NCBI GenBank assembly: GCA_002269645.1
Contig: NIVC01000866.1
Span: forward strand, 406,350-470,349
Length of the DNA stretch: 64,000 bases
Direction of reading: 5' to 3'
DNA from: Macrostomum lignano
Taxonomy: Eukaryota
Shown: piece by piece, positions 28,360-40,905 of the stretch
How positions within the stretch are numbered: the stretch's first letter is position 1
Layout of the letters: every line of letters starts with the position of its first letter
Notes under the pieces: generated by a model
Database searches by the model: none
Told to the model about the DNA's origin: nothing
The model's input: only the letters and a program-made list of their open reading frames with translations
Translations under genes and position numbers: made by a program

Positions 28360-31300
28360 CTGACATGACGCTTCTTTTATTCTACCATGATGCTTCTTAA
28401 TTTTTTAAATGACACTTTCATTAGTCTTTAAATGAGGCTTCTATGATTTTTTATGACGCTTCTATGATTTTTACATGATGCTTCTATGATTTTTTATATG
28501 ACGCTTCTATGATTGTTTACATGACGCTTCTATGCTTTTTAGATGACGCTTCTATGCTTTTTAGATGACGCTTCTATGATTGTTTATATGACGCTACTAT
28601 GATTTTTACATGACGCTTCTATGATTTTTACATGACGCTTCTATGATTGTTTACATGACGCTTCTATGATTTTTTACATGACGCTTCTATGGTTTTTTAT
28701 GACGCTTCTATGATTGTTTACATGACGCTTCTATGATTGTTTACATGACGCTTCTATGATTTTTACATGGCGCTTCTATGATTGTTTACATGACGCTTCT
28801 ATGGTCTTTACATGACGCTTCTATGATTTTTTATATGACGCTTCTATGATTTTTTTACATGACGCTTCTATGATGGTTTCATGGATGAATGAATAGAATG
28901 GATTGCTATTCTGGCTCTGGCTTTTTTCGTTTTTGACTCTTTTGCATCCGGTTCCCCCCGTGCCTTTTCATTGGTTGATGATTGCCATAGACAATTTTCG
29001 GCCTTCGCCCCTTTCTTTTGATGCACAAGCGCAAAGAACTGAGAATTTCAGTTACTTGCAGAGAATATCGAGCACTCGTAGGTCTTCCCCCTTTATTTCA
29101 AAACACGAGCGAAAGCGCTTGTGCATCGAAAGAAAGGGGCGAAGGCCGAAAATTGTCTATGGCAATCATCAACCAATGAAAAGGCACGGGGGGGAACCGG
29201 ATGCAAAAGAGTCAAAAACGAAAATAGCCAGAGCCAGAATAGCAATCCATTCTATTCATTCATTCATGGATGGTTTACATGACGCTTCTATGATTTTTTA
29301 CATGACGCTTCTATGATTGTTTACATGACGCTTCTATGATTTTTATATGACGCTTCTATGATTGTTTACATGACGCTTCTATGATTTTTTACATGACGCT
29401 TCTATAATTGTTTACATGACGCTTCTATGATTTTTTTAAATGACGCTTCTATGAATTTTATATGACGCTTCTATGCTTTTTACATGACGCTTCTATAATT
29501 GTTTACATGATGCTTCTATGATTTTTTTAAATGACGCTTCTATGAATTTTATATGACGCTTCTATGCTTTTTACATGACGCTTCTATGATGGTTTACATG
29601 ACGCTTCTATGATTTTTTACATGACGTTTCTATGATTGTTTACATGACGCTTCTATGATTTTTTTAAATGACGCTTCTATAATTGTTTACATGACGCTTC
29701 TGTGATTTTTTCATGACACTCCTATGATTTTTTCATGACGCTTCTATGATTGTTTACATGACGCTTCTATGATTTTTTTAAATGACCCTTTTATGATTTT
29801 TAACATGACGCTTCTATGATTGTTTACATGACGCTTCTATGATAGTTTATGTGACGCTTCTATGATTTTTTACATGACGCTTCTATGATTGTTTACATGA
29901 CGCTTCTATGATTTTTATATGACGCTTCTATGATTTTTTACATGACGCTTCTATGATTGTTTACATGACGCTTCTATGATTTTTATATGACGCTTCTATG
30001 ATTGTTTACATGACTCTTCAATGATTTTTTACATGACGCTTCTATGGTTTTTTTATGACGCTTCTATGATTTTTTTAAATGACGCTTCTATGAGTTTTAT
30101 ATGACGCTTCTATGCTTTTTACATGACGCTTCTATGATTTTTTACATGACGCTTCTATGATTGTTTACATGATGCTTCTATGATTTTTTACATGACGCTT
30201 CTATGATTTTTTTAAATGACGCTTCTATGAGTTTTACATGACGCTTCTATGATTGTTTACATGACGCTTCTATGATTTTTTTAAATGACGCTTCTATGAT
30301 TGTTTACATGACGCTTCTATGCTTTTTACATGACGCTTCTATGATGGTTTACATGACGCTTCTATGATGGTTTACATGACGCTTCTATGATTGTTTACAT
30401 GACGCTTCTGTGATTTTTCATGACACTCCTATGATTTTTTCATGACGCTTCTATGATTGTTTACATGACGCTTCTATGATTTTTTTAAATGACCCTTTTA
30501 TGATTTTTAACATGACGCTTCTATGATTGTTTACATGACGCTTCTATGATAGTTTACGTGGCGCTTCTATGATTTTTTACATGACGCTTCTATGATTGTT
30601 TACATGACGCTTCTATGATTTTTTACATGACGCTTCTATGATTTTTTTAAATGACGCTTCTATGATTGTTTACATGACGCTTCTATGCTTTTTACATGAC
30701 GCTTCTATGATGGTTTACATGACGCTTCTATGATGGTTTACATGACGCTTCTATGATTGTTTACATGACGCTTCTATGATTGTTTACATGACACTTCTAT
30801 GATTTTTTACATGACGCTTCTATGATTTTTTATGTGACGCTTCTATGATTTTTTACATGACGCTTATATGATTTTTTACATGACGCTTCTATGATTGTTT
30901 ACATGACGCTTCTATGATTGTCTACATGACGCTTCTATGCTTTTTCCATGACGCTTGGATGATTGTTTACATGACGCTTCTATGATTTTTTACATGACGC
31001 TTCTATGATTGTCTACATGACGCTTCTATGCTTTTTCCATGACGCTTGGATGATTGTTTACATGACGCTTCTATGATTTTTTCATGACGATTCTATGATT
31101 TTTTACATGACGCTTCTATGCTTTAAACATGAGGCTTCTATGATTTTAGATGACGCTTCTATGATTTTTAACATGACACTTCTATGATTGTTTACATGAC
31201 GCTTCTATGATTGTTTACATGACACTTCTATGATGGTTTACATGACGCTTCTATGATAGCTTACATGTCGCTTCTATGATGGTTTACATGACGCTTCTAT

Positions 31301-31390
31301 GATTTTTTTAAATGACGCTTCAATGATTTTTTACATGACGCTTCTATAATTGTTTATATGACACTTCTATGATTTTTTACATGACGCCTT
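28360..31390. repeat. Minisatellite, 22-25 bp unit (acatgacgcttctatgattgttt), ~3 kb
   Basis: More than 100 copies, interrupted by a MITE. Confidence 0.96.
28880..29268. mobile_element. Foldback MITE (389 bp) with 8-bp TSD, P- or hAT-superfamily
   Basis: Arms 28880-29032 and 29115-29268 are ~153-bp near-perfect inverted repeats starting CATGRATGAATGAATAG; 82-bp spacer; TSD gatggttt (28872-79, 29269-76) matches a variant of the host repeat. Confidence 0.93.
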
Positions 31391-31445
31391 TTGTCCTTTA
31401 TTTGACCTTGAATAAAAGCTTTTAATAAAAAACTTTTCACTACTA

Positions 31446-31500
31446 AGATTCGAACCCAGGTTGCTGCATTTGCAGTCCAGTCTGTTCACATCTAGGCTAG
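31446..31500 (-). other. tRNA-like relic / SINE head (A box TAGCCTAG, Cys-like GCA loop, B box GGTTCGAATC)
   Basis: Reverse strand reads CTAGCCTAGATGTGAACAGACTGGACTGCAAATGCAGCAACCTGGGTTCGAATCT; no complete cloverleaf. Confidence 0.5.
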
Positions 31501-31779
31501 CTCTTATCGAATTTTATAAATGAAATTGTAGCACTTATATAATTCAACACAAACTCACGAAGCAGTTATGACATAATCAATTTCCCAGGCAAGTCAGTAT
31601 CAGTCTCTATTAAAGTTGACAATATGGTTACGCAATCTAAATCAAGTCTGGTGCTACGCTTCCACACTGCATTTTCAATACTGTGACGCAATTCAAGTCG
31701 GAGTTACAATTCAGTTATGATGTAATCTATTTCAGAATCAGAATTCAACCAGTCAGTTTTTTCTCTAGCATTCTTACAA

Positions 31780-31995
31780 TGCATTTCAAGTCGAAAAGTT
31801 TGCTTGACCTTTGCAAAAAAGCATGTTTTTCGAATATTTAATCGCTTTAACATGGAGCAATTTCTTAGCCAAGATGCATGTACTGTCCCAGGAAAATTTC
31901 TGATCGAACAGTGCAAGTTTGAAGAAAATCGGTCCAGCCATTTTTTCTCTAATCGATTGCGTACAAACAAACAACTCATTTTTAGTATATAGGAT
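31780..31995 (+). mobile_element. Helitron/Helentron-like non-autonomous 3' end
   Basis: aagtttgaagaaaatcggtccagccatttt...acaaacaaacaactcatttttagtatatag resembles recalled 3' ends of HINE/Lep1-type elements; not aligned. Confidence 0.45.
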
Positions 31996-33756
31996 AACAA
32001 CAAAATATGTGACCCCGCATGCACAGTTACAGTTAGGGCAGGGCACATCAGATGGCACGCTGCAGAGCCTGGGAGCAAACAAAGTCTGCTCCACTGGCAG
32101 TGTTGGGTGCCCCAGCATCGCACAGGAAGCAGTCTACATATTGATGGGTTTGGGCCTGCCCACCTGAATGGACCCTGCAAGATGAGCAGCAGGACATCCT
32201 AAACAGGTTGGGGGCAGTAGCCCTTGGCCCAGATCACGTGACCTGCCAGTTAAAGTTGCCACTAGCCTAGGATGATGGTTAAAAGACCTAGTCAGAGCAT
32301 TAAACTATGCTGATAAGTCATTTTTATTAGGTCATTTTTAATGAATAAAGCTACATTTAGGATAGGCCTATAGCCTATAAGACACAATATTTGATTAACT
32401 TATTATTTTGCTACTAGCACTTATCTTCTATTAGGGATTGTATAACAAAAGTTCTAACAACTCTTAAATGGATAGTGCTATTGCTACATGATTATATAAA
32501 TTATAATGATAAAAGAAACCAGTTATTTTGGCAATAGGTTGACTCAGCATTAGCCAATTTGGCAACATTAGGGGGGGGGGGGAATTTGTCATTTGTTATC
32601 CATTGCATTAAGTTTGCATATCCACTCAGATTTAAAAATAAGCCAAACTGGTAACCCTATTATTACATATATGCTTTTCTAGTATAAGTCATACCTGCTT
32701 TAAGTAAAACATGTTAAGATAGTAAGAATAATTGTTGAACAGACTAAACATTAAAATCTTGCTTTAATTCTATTTTATACTGACTCTTTTATAATTTGCA
32801 CTTTTTGCTATGAAAAGTATAATGCCTGATATACTATATGCATTGTACATTGGATTGTATATATGTACATGCATAATGAACTGCGTTCCACTCAAAAGCT
32901 CATTCACAACCACTATAACATAAAGCTATCAAATCCCATGACTGCTATACAAAGTATAATGAATAATTAAGGGAACACAAAGTTAAGTTAGCTTTTTAAA
33001 ATATACAAAGTTAAGATCAAAAGTAAAAATTAGCTATACATATTTTGAATGTGCAGTCTTGCCTATCTAGCATGTGAAGAAATAAGTCAGCAGTTTTTTT
33101 AGCTACAAACTATAGTTCAGCTAGAGCCTCTGCAACTTTTGTATAACTTTGTGTAGGCTACATGGTTGCAAAGCACAATCTGGAACATCCGGGAACTTAG
33201 GGTTTCAAGAAGGACATGCGCTCAAACAATGACACTAAAGGGAAGCATAGGAAGCTAAATGCCAAAGCAAAGCCATTCAACTTTAATTCTACCTATTGGT
33301 ATGGCTGTTGCACAAAGAGGCCTAGAGATAGTTGCCATTGAATTGCAGCTTATTGCTTAAGGGGCTTAGCAAAGGTATCAAAGACCAAATTATTATTGAA
33401 TAGAACGGCAATATCAATACTTCTAAGGCAAATACACATCAAGAGTGCAGACTGCCAAATGCTTGCTAGATGCCTGCAGCTTGCTAAATGGCTTTAAGTG
33501 ATTTTTATAAGTTTTATATTGCTATGCCTAGGCCTATATGACCTACTCTAGGCCTACTTAGTTTTCACTTTTTAACTTTTTACTTACTTTCATGCTTCTA
33601 TAGTCAATTAATTGTTTGATTATCAACTTAAAAAATAAAGTTATAAATTAAACTTAAACTTAAATTTATGGTTTATTAGAGATCCAATATAGTTGAATCT
33701 AAGACTCAAATGGAGCATAGATGTATATGTACGTCTTTAAAAATGTGTTATTTGGT

Positions 33757-35064
33757 GGGTCCATGAGAATTGCCCGCAGACAAATTGCCCACCGAGATTT
33801 GCCTGCAGGAGATTTGCCCGTGGAGATTTGCCCGCCGAGCTTTTCCCGCGGAGATTTGCCCGCCGAGCTTTTCCCGCGGAGATTTGCCCACAGTGCATTT
33901 TGCCCGTGAGCGAATTGCCCGTGGAGATTTGCCCGCCGAGAATTGCCCGCCGAGATTTGCCTGCAGTGCAATTTGCCCGCGAGCAAGTTGCCCGCCGAGT
34001 TTTTTCCCGCCGAGGTTTGCCCGCAATGCTTTTTTCCTGCAGCGCATTTGGCAGCTAGATTCTGTCTGCATTGCCCCCCCCCCAAAAAAATATGCATTTG
34101 ATATGCAGTTACTATCAAAACGTTTTGATCGTGTAAATCTCTTTATTGAGATTAACACGTATTGGTTTTTGCGAGCTATCTCAGCCAAGGAGCAAGCAAA
34201 CTCATCCATCCCATAGATTTCAATACGACGAAGGAGGTGGTTTGAACCATAGACTATCACGTTTTTTCAACCAAACTCATCCAACGGGCGAGCAATCTCA
34301 GTCATAGCTTGTCTGCCCATTCATTTCCTCTTCCCTTCTTTCTTTCCTCCTCCGATGGCTCAGTTGCGACAAACATCCAACTCCGACAGAGAGAAGCTAA
34401 TCAACACATGGAATGATGGACAAAATTTGAGCACTGCTTCACGCATTTTCGGGATAAAGCTGAAGACGTCCAGACATATAATCCGGACTTACGTAGCTAC
34501 TGAAAGAATTGCTGCTCTCCAACGTGGCGGAATAAGGCAGGAATCAAGCAAGATTGATGTGCTGCTCTATCATAAAGTCTCTTATATACGAACCAATAAA
34601 ATTTTTCGCTTAATAAACAAGCTATGGCTGAGATTGCTCGCCCGTTGGATGAGTTTGGTTGAAAAAACATGATAGTCTATGGTTCAAACCACCTCCTTCG
34701 TCGTATTGAAATCTATGGGATGGATGAGTTTGCTTGCTCCTTGGCTGAGATAGCTCGCAAAAACCAATACTAAGCATTGGGAAGGCAATGCAGACAAAAT
34801 CTGCTGCGTCACTTAATGCGCTGCAGGAAAAAAGCATTGCCGGCAAACCTTGGCGGGAAAAAACTCGGTGGGCAACTTGCTCGCGGGCAAATTGCACTGC
34901 GGGCAAATCTCGACGGGCAAATCTCCACGGGCAATTTGCTCACGGGCAAAATGCACTGCGGGCAAATCTCCGCGGGAAAAGCTCGGCGGGCAAATCTCCA
35001 CGGGCAAATCTCCTGCGGGCAAATCTCGGCGGGCAATTTGTCTGCGGGCATTTCTCGTGCTCCC
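33757..35064. mobile_element. Foldback element (1.3 kb) with modular ~450-550 bp TIRs and a central HTH ORF fragment
   Basis: Ends GGGTCCATGAGAATTGCCCGCAGAC / GGGAGCACGAGAAATGCCCGCAGAC (rc). Outer arms are agatttgccc(g/c) subrepeats; inner unique arms 34160-34310 and 34617-34770. Flanking direct repeat gttatttgg (33747-55, 35065-73). Confidence 0.9.
34355..34560 (+). pseudogene. Truncated Tc1/IS630-like transposase N-terminal HTH
   Basis: MAQLRQTSNSDREKLINTWNDGQNLSTASRIFGIKLKTSRHIIRTYVATERIAALQRGGIRQ has the paired-type HTH pattern ending in RGG-x-R; no DDE domain, and the ORF runs into the right arm. Confidence 0.6.
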
Positions 35065-36399
35065 GTTATTTGGCATGGTTAAAACAAAACCTTTATTTGA
35101 ATGGCAAGAACTAATGGCAATATAGGCCGTTAAATTTCAATGAGTATCATAGCTTTCTTTAACCCTTGGCCTTAGCATTTGTCGCAGGCCTTTCAACTCT
35201 CTTTAGAAATCTCAACCGCTAACACCAAAGTTGTCAAAGGCCTGTTTTTTCTGTCTCTTCAAATGATTTCACAGCTGTCACTAAGTTGTCAAAGGGCTAA
35301 ACTCCTGTTTTATAAATGTTGGTAGCTGCCACCAGGATTATCCTATTAATAAATTATGAGTTTATCAATTTTGGAATAATCCAAGAAACGTTTCTTAGAA
35401 TGGGTCTGAGTATATATCTTAGTATTTAGTAATTTAGTCTGATTATTTAGTCTTAGTATTATTCTTAGAAAACCATTAGCCCTTAAAGATTTTTATTTTT
35501 TCTATTATTCTAGTAGCGTTTATTCTGATTCCGGTAGCATTTACTATACTTTTGGCCTGAGTGGTCTACTGACTATACTGGTAAATGTATTCCATGTACT
35601 TTGCAAGTCCTTGGGCATTACCAAGATCAGAGGGTCACAGCCTCGAGTTATTCTTACACAAATCACTTAAGAACTACTTCGTATTTTTTCACTACTCAAT
35701 ATTGCTGCTTCTCAATAGTATGTACTGTATACACTTTAGTCTACTTTAATCTTACTTCTTAAAAGGAATTAACACAAGAAACACTTCTTTAATTCTTATT
35801 TTCTTGGAACTCTTATTCTTTGATATGACTGTTTCATTAGTGAACCACGATGCGCGAGGTTGGTTCTCCCTCTACCAAATTTGCTTCTATTTATACTGCT
35901 TTTAATTGTAGATTAAAACAAAAATGTATTTGTGCAAAATAATATAAAAAATACGAGCATTAAAACAAAAGAAATTGCATCTTAGTTTTGGCGTAAATTT
36001 GAGTTCAACTACTCGGTAACTATTTTTATAGAAAATCAGGAGGGGCCCTTTACACATTTGCTGAATTGGCTATTGTTGAACTGACTTATCACCAAATTGG
36101 TTGTCACTAAATTAGGCCCTAGTTCCTAGCTTGTTGCCAAATTAACTGGAAGCCTAAGGCCTATTAATTTTAAAGTTAGATAGAAGACCATAACTAAGGG
36201 GCAAGGGCCTATACTATAAGTATAGGTAGCCTAGGTGCTGCTTACTAGAATTGAATCAACATATAGCCAATATAGCCAAGGCCTAGACATAGGTAGGGCC
36301 TAATTTTAAACATGCATAAAACATACAAAAATATAAGCCTAAGATCTAATGACTTTTTAAGAAGTTTGGACTAGCTAGCCAATCCACCAAGATAGGTCC

Positions 36400-36815
36400 A
36401 ATAACTGTCAATGGCCAATGGCTAGCTAGAGTTCTAGCACTGGAACTGGAACCCATTTTCTAATAGCTATGGATCTAGCAGTAGTATTCTAGGAGGGCCT
36501 AGTGCAATTTATGGGTATAGTAGGCTCTAGGCCTGCCTAGGGGCCTATATAAAAAACATTTTACTTTTTATTATAGGTGGTTGATATTGAGATTTCGTTC
36601 AAGATAAGATTAAAACAAAATGATAAGATTTAAAACAACTTAAACAAGTTACTTCTATTCAAAGATTTCATTTGATTTGTAGTATAGGCTTAACTTCCTG
36701 CAGAAGACTACTAGATGATCCTAGATCAATACTCGACCATAGGCAGGCCCATGGCCAATGGCTAAAGCCATTAGAGAAAATGAGTTCCAGTGCCAGAACT
36801 CTAGGCCCTAGCTAT
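36400..36815. mobile_element. Degenerate inverted-repeat element (old MITE)
   Basis: agagttctagcactggaac...ccattttctaatagc (36428-36468) versus rc of 36770-36803 (agagttctggcactggaactcattttctctaatggc). No TSD found. Confidence 0.45.
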
Positions 36816-38051
36816 TACCCAAATAACCAATACTAGACCTGGCTGGGACTGGGACCACAGCACAGCCCACAGCACAGGTAGGCCCACCCAAGACTAATAG
36901 TAATAGGCCTAACGCCCTAACCGCCTAAGTAAATACTTTGTCAAAGTTTTACTTAAATTTAAAAAATAAAAAGCATGTTTTAGTAGAGACTCTTAGCTTG
37001 TTAACTTATCGTTTTTTTAAAGTTTAGATACAATTCTTCTGGTTTACAGCAAATGAAATGAAATAATTTATTAAAAAGTAATTAAAATTTCTCGATCCAA
37101 CGTTGACCAAATGTTTTTTTACTAATGCAAATAAAATAAAATAGGTAATAAAGGTAATATAACAAGGTAATAAAATAGCAGCTTAATTTTTTTTAACAGT
37201 TTTAATTAATAAGTACTATTCTACTTTGTGTACTTCTAGATATTGCCTCTTAATGCTATATTCTTTTTGTTAAAACTAGATGAATCTAAATTTTAAACTG
37301 GTTTTCCTGCATTTTTTCACGCTTTGAAATATTGCGCGCTTGCAAAATACTATATCTTTTTACAAAAAACGCTCTTTCAAATACCTTAATAATTTTACAA
37401 ATATCGTAACTCGCATCGTAACTGGTGTAAAAATTTAACCTTTTGAACAAATTTAACCTTTTGAACTTAATCGTAATTAAACAACTAATGCTAAAATAAC
37501 TTAAATACACAGAAATATACTGGCCAAACAGGCTTCTTGCCTGAGCCAACATACTACTACTACTACTACTACTGCATTCTAGTTTCTAATAAACCGCGCG
37601 CGCATCTATTTGATCAGTATATTTTTTCTACAATTAGGTAACAAATTAATAATCACCTTGACCAAAGTGACTCCGGCTAATTGATTATAAATATACATTA
37701 ATTAGTGAAGCACCATGGCTACAAGATTCAGGGCCTATGGACGTAGGCCTAGCTTACAAAAATTTTAATTTAAGTAATTTCTAGATTCTAGCAAGTTTTT
37801 TTCTTTGGCACGATGCTTTGCATATATGCCGACATTTTAGAATTCACACCAGAAAATTCTGGCATGTGTTAAATTTTTCAAGGTATGGGGTAGTTGTCAC
37901 TTGAATAAATTCATATGCTAAAATGATTTAAACTTAAAAATAATTGGGCAAAACAAACTAGCATTACTTGCGGCCACGCCCCTGACTTTGGGCATATTTC
38001 AAGTGGTTCCTAGTTATTTTTTGCAATTTTGTAATTTAGGATGTTTATAGG

Positions 38052-38459
38052 TAGAGGTCAGACAGGATCCAGGTCCCCAAACCCTGGGATCCCAAGGAAA
38101 ATTGTATTTCCGCGAGACCAGGATCCCAACTCTAAAAAACATAGGCCTAAGATTTAGGAACAAGTCTTTTGATCAAAAGTTTACAGAACTAGTGATTATT
38201 TAAATGTATTTTGTTTTAACTTGTATTCATTACATTATTACTTTGTTCGTTACAAAATTTTGCATCAATTTTGTTGCGTTTTACTTTTGATCTTGACATT
38301 TTTTGCTCAATATTGTTCAACTTTATATAAACCTACAAACTACAATACATTAAAAGACCTGATCCTAATTCTCGAATCCCAATCCTAATCCCAATCCTGA
38401 GAAAAAAATAATTCTTGATCCCAATCTTGTCCAAAGATTTCAATCCCATCTAGCCTCTA
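38052..38459. mobile_element. hAT-like MITE (408 bp), CpG-decayed
   Basis: Termini TAGAGGTCAGACAGGAT / TAGAGGCTAGATGGGAT (rc); 8-bp TSD tttatagg / gttatagg (7/8); gatccc-rich subterminal repeats. Confidence 0.7.
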
Positions 38460-40905
38460 GTTATAGGCCTAACCTAACCTTTTAGTCATTTTTAGCTTCA
38501 TTAGTTCCTAATCAGCATAGCCTACATTAACTAAAGGGAGTCTGTTATCTAGTGTCTATGGCACTAGTACTAGGGCCAAGAATACAATCTACTTTGGTAA
38601 TAGCCACCACTATTATAAATATTGTAAAATAAGTTTCTTAATTTGATGGTTCAACAATTCAATCTATGTAATCAAAGTAGTTAAGATATATTCTAAATAA
38701 TGACTAGATCTATTATTGAATTAAAACTGGATTGACTGGAACTCTGGAACAGCTATGCAACCCTACAACTACAACTGCTATGACGCCTAGAAGACCTAAC
38801 ACCAAAACACAGTGCATTTGCATTTGAAATACAATAGGAATTAGCATACAGTAAAACAATAGTAGTAAAGTAAGCAACCAATAATGTGTTGAGGCAAGAC
38901 TCCTCTTGTGCAAACTAATCCTTATTCCCACCCTTATTTCCCCTTTATTTACCTTGAATTTCCTTGATAAAACTTTTTCTAAGTTAGTGGCATCGCAATG
39001 GGATGATTTCCCAAGAGCCCAACTGCTTTTTACTAGTAGTGAAGTCCCAAAAGTAGTGATTTAACCCACTCTAATTACTTCCCCTAGCTAAAACTACTGA
39101 TAGTAGTGTAAAAGCATATCTAAATTCACCCACTAAGTTAATGCCTTATTACAATCACTATATCAATATCTCAAAGTTAATATTCTTAACATTGATCATA
39201 TCATTTTAATTGTTTTAATTATATCAATGAGTATATGTACCCATGTATATCTAATATAAAACAGAAGTTAAAGGACAAAATTTATAATACTAATAAAGCA
39301 GTCAATGGAAAAGACCACAGTGAAAAAAGTTAGGGCCCAGCTTTACAATTAGCTTTCTTTAAGTAAAGAGTACTTGAGTATATTTACCAATTAATATAAA
39401 TGCTGCTGGCAATGGCATTGGAATAGATAATGAGTTGGGCTTAATCTCTAATACTGAAACATCTTGCAGCTGCAATAGTAGTCTACATGGTAGTGGAACT
39501 CCTTGCTTTGGCCAATGCTGATGGTGATTTTCAGAAACTTTAGGTTCAACTCTGCTTCTGCTTTCATGATCTTCAACCAATAAATTAGATCTAGACTCCC
39601 TAGTTGGTCTAGAACTAGTTAAATTTAACTGACCTAGCCTCATAGATATTCAAGTAAGAGTCCAAGCTAGAGTCAAATTGTATTATGCAATAATGAAAAC
39701 TATATTTACTTGTTCTTTCACTATTATTTAAGTTATTTATAATATGGGCCTATGGCTAGTTTTAGTTACAGAAACACAAAACTGACAAAAGTGACACACT
39801 AAGATAAGCAATTAAATTTAATCAAATAGTACATAAAGTCAATGAAATGTTATAATGTTATCTTGCAATGTAAACTTTTTTATCAATATCAGTTTTCTAT
39901 CACAGAGCATTTTAATCATTTTTGGCATATTGGCATATAGAAAAATCTGGCATACAGGACACCTTTCTGATCCTAAGTATGGAGCTCAATATGCTTGGCT
40001 AATCTTGTCTTCCATATTAGACAACATTAGGCTAGAATCTTGTGCCAAGTTTTTAATGGATAGGCAACAGGGCTTCTACATTGTTTGCAGTTTGTCTATC
40101 TGAGCAGTCTGGTTTTTGGTATCCACAAGGATTTGTAGCCTTGTCTAGACTGACTTTCATTCTGTGAGGGTAGTCATATTGTCTGAGGCCCTACCTAGTT
40201 GCCAAAGGGTGGGCATTGTTCCAGGCAGTGGCTAAGACTATCCTGTTATACTATACTAAGACCTGGATAGGCCCTACTGATAGATTTGCTTGAGTAGCAA
40301 GTTGACATAATGTATACTGGCCTGCTGTGTGCCACCTTCAAGATCAGCTATTAGCAAGTAACCAATGTGGCTTTGTATCATTATGCTAGCCTAGTCCATC
40401 CAAGTGACCTATTGTACCATTGTCAACTCTAGCTGGCAGGCCACATCATCTGCTGCAGGCACCCTACTAATAGGGGTAGGCCTATACTCAGCATTTTGTT
40501 GATTGCTTTCTAGCTGATGCTGGCACCCCAGATTTTAAGCAAATATAAAAGTGATCAATATGGCAAGTATTATATTGCCATGTATAAATTTTAGATAGTC
40601 CCTATAACAATTGAGCAACATAGCCATGCAGTGCATATTTGTGTATATTAAGAATTCATTTTTTGTTATAATTCACATACAATGTTAAAAACATACTGCT
40701 ATAGAATATTATTTCTTATTGTATTGAAAAGCAAAATTTTAGTAATAACTGATAAGTTGCATAGTGACCTAATATTTGGCGCAATAATTTGCGTTAACTT
40801 CCATTTTTCAGCTCAATTAATTACACTTGAAGTGTCATTGTTGTCTGCTTTAAAACAAAACCCAACGCTACCAGACTTCTGTCAACACTATACTATAAAT
40901 TAATA

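Noticed and set aside
31446-31500. Functional tRNA-Cys gene
   Set aside because: Acceptor and D stems do not pair; treated as a relic.
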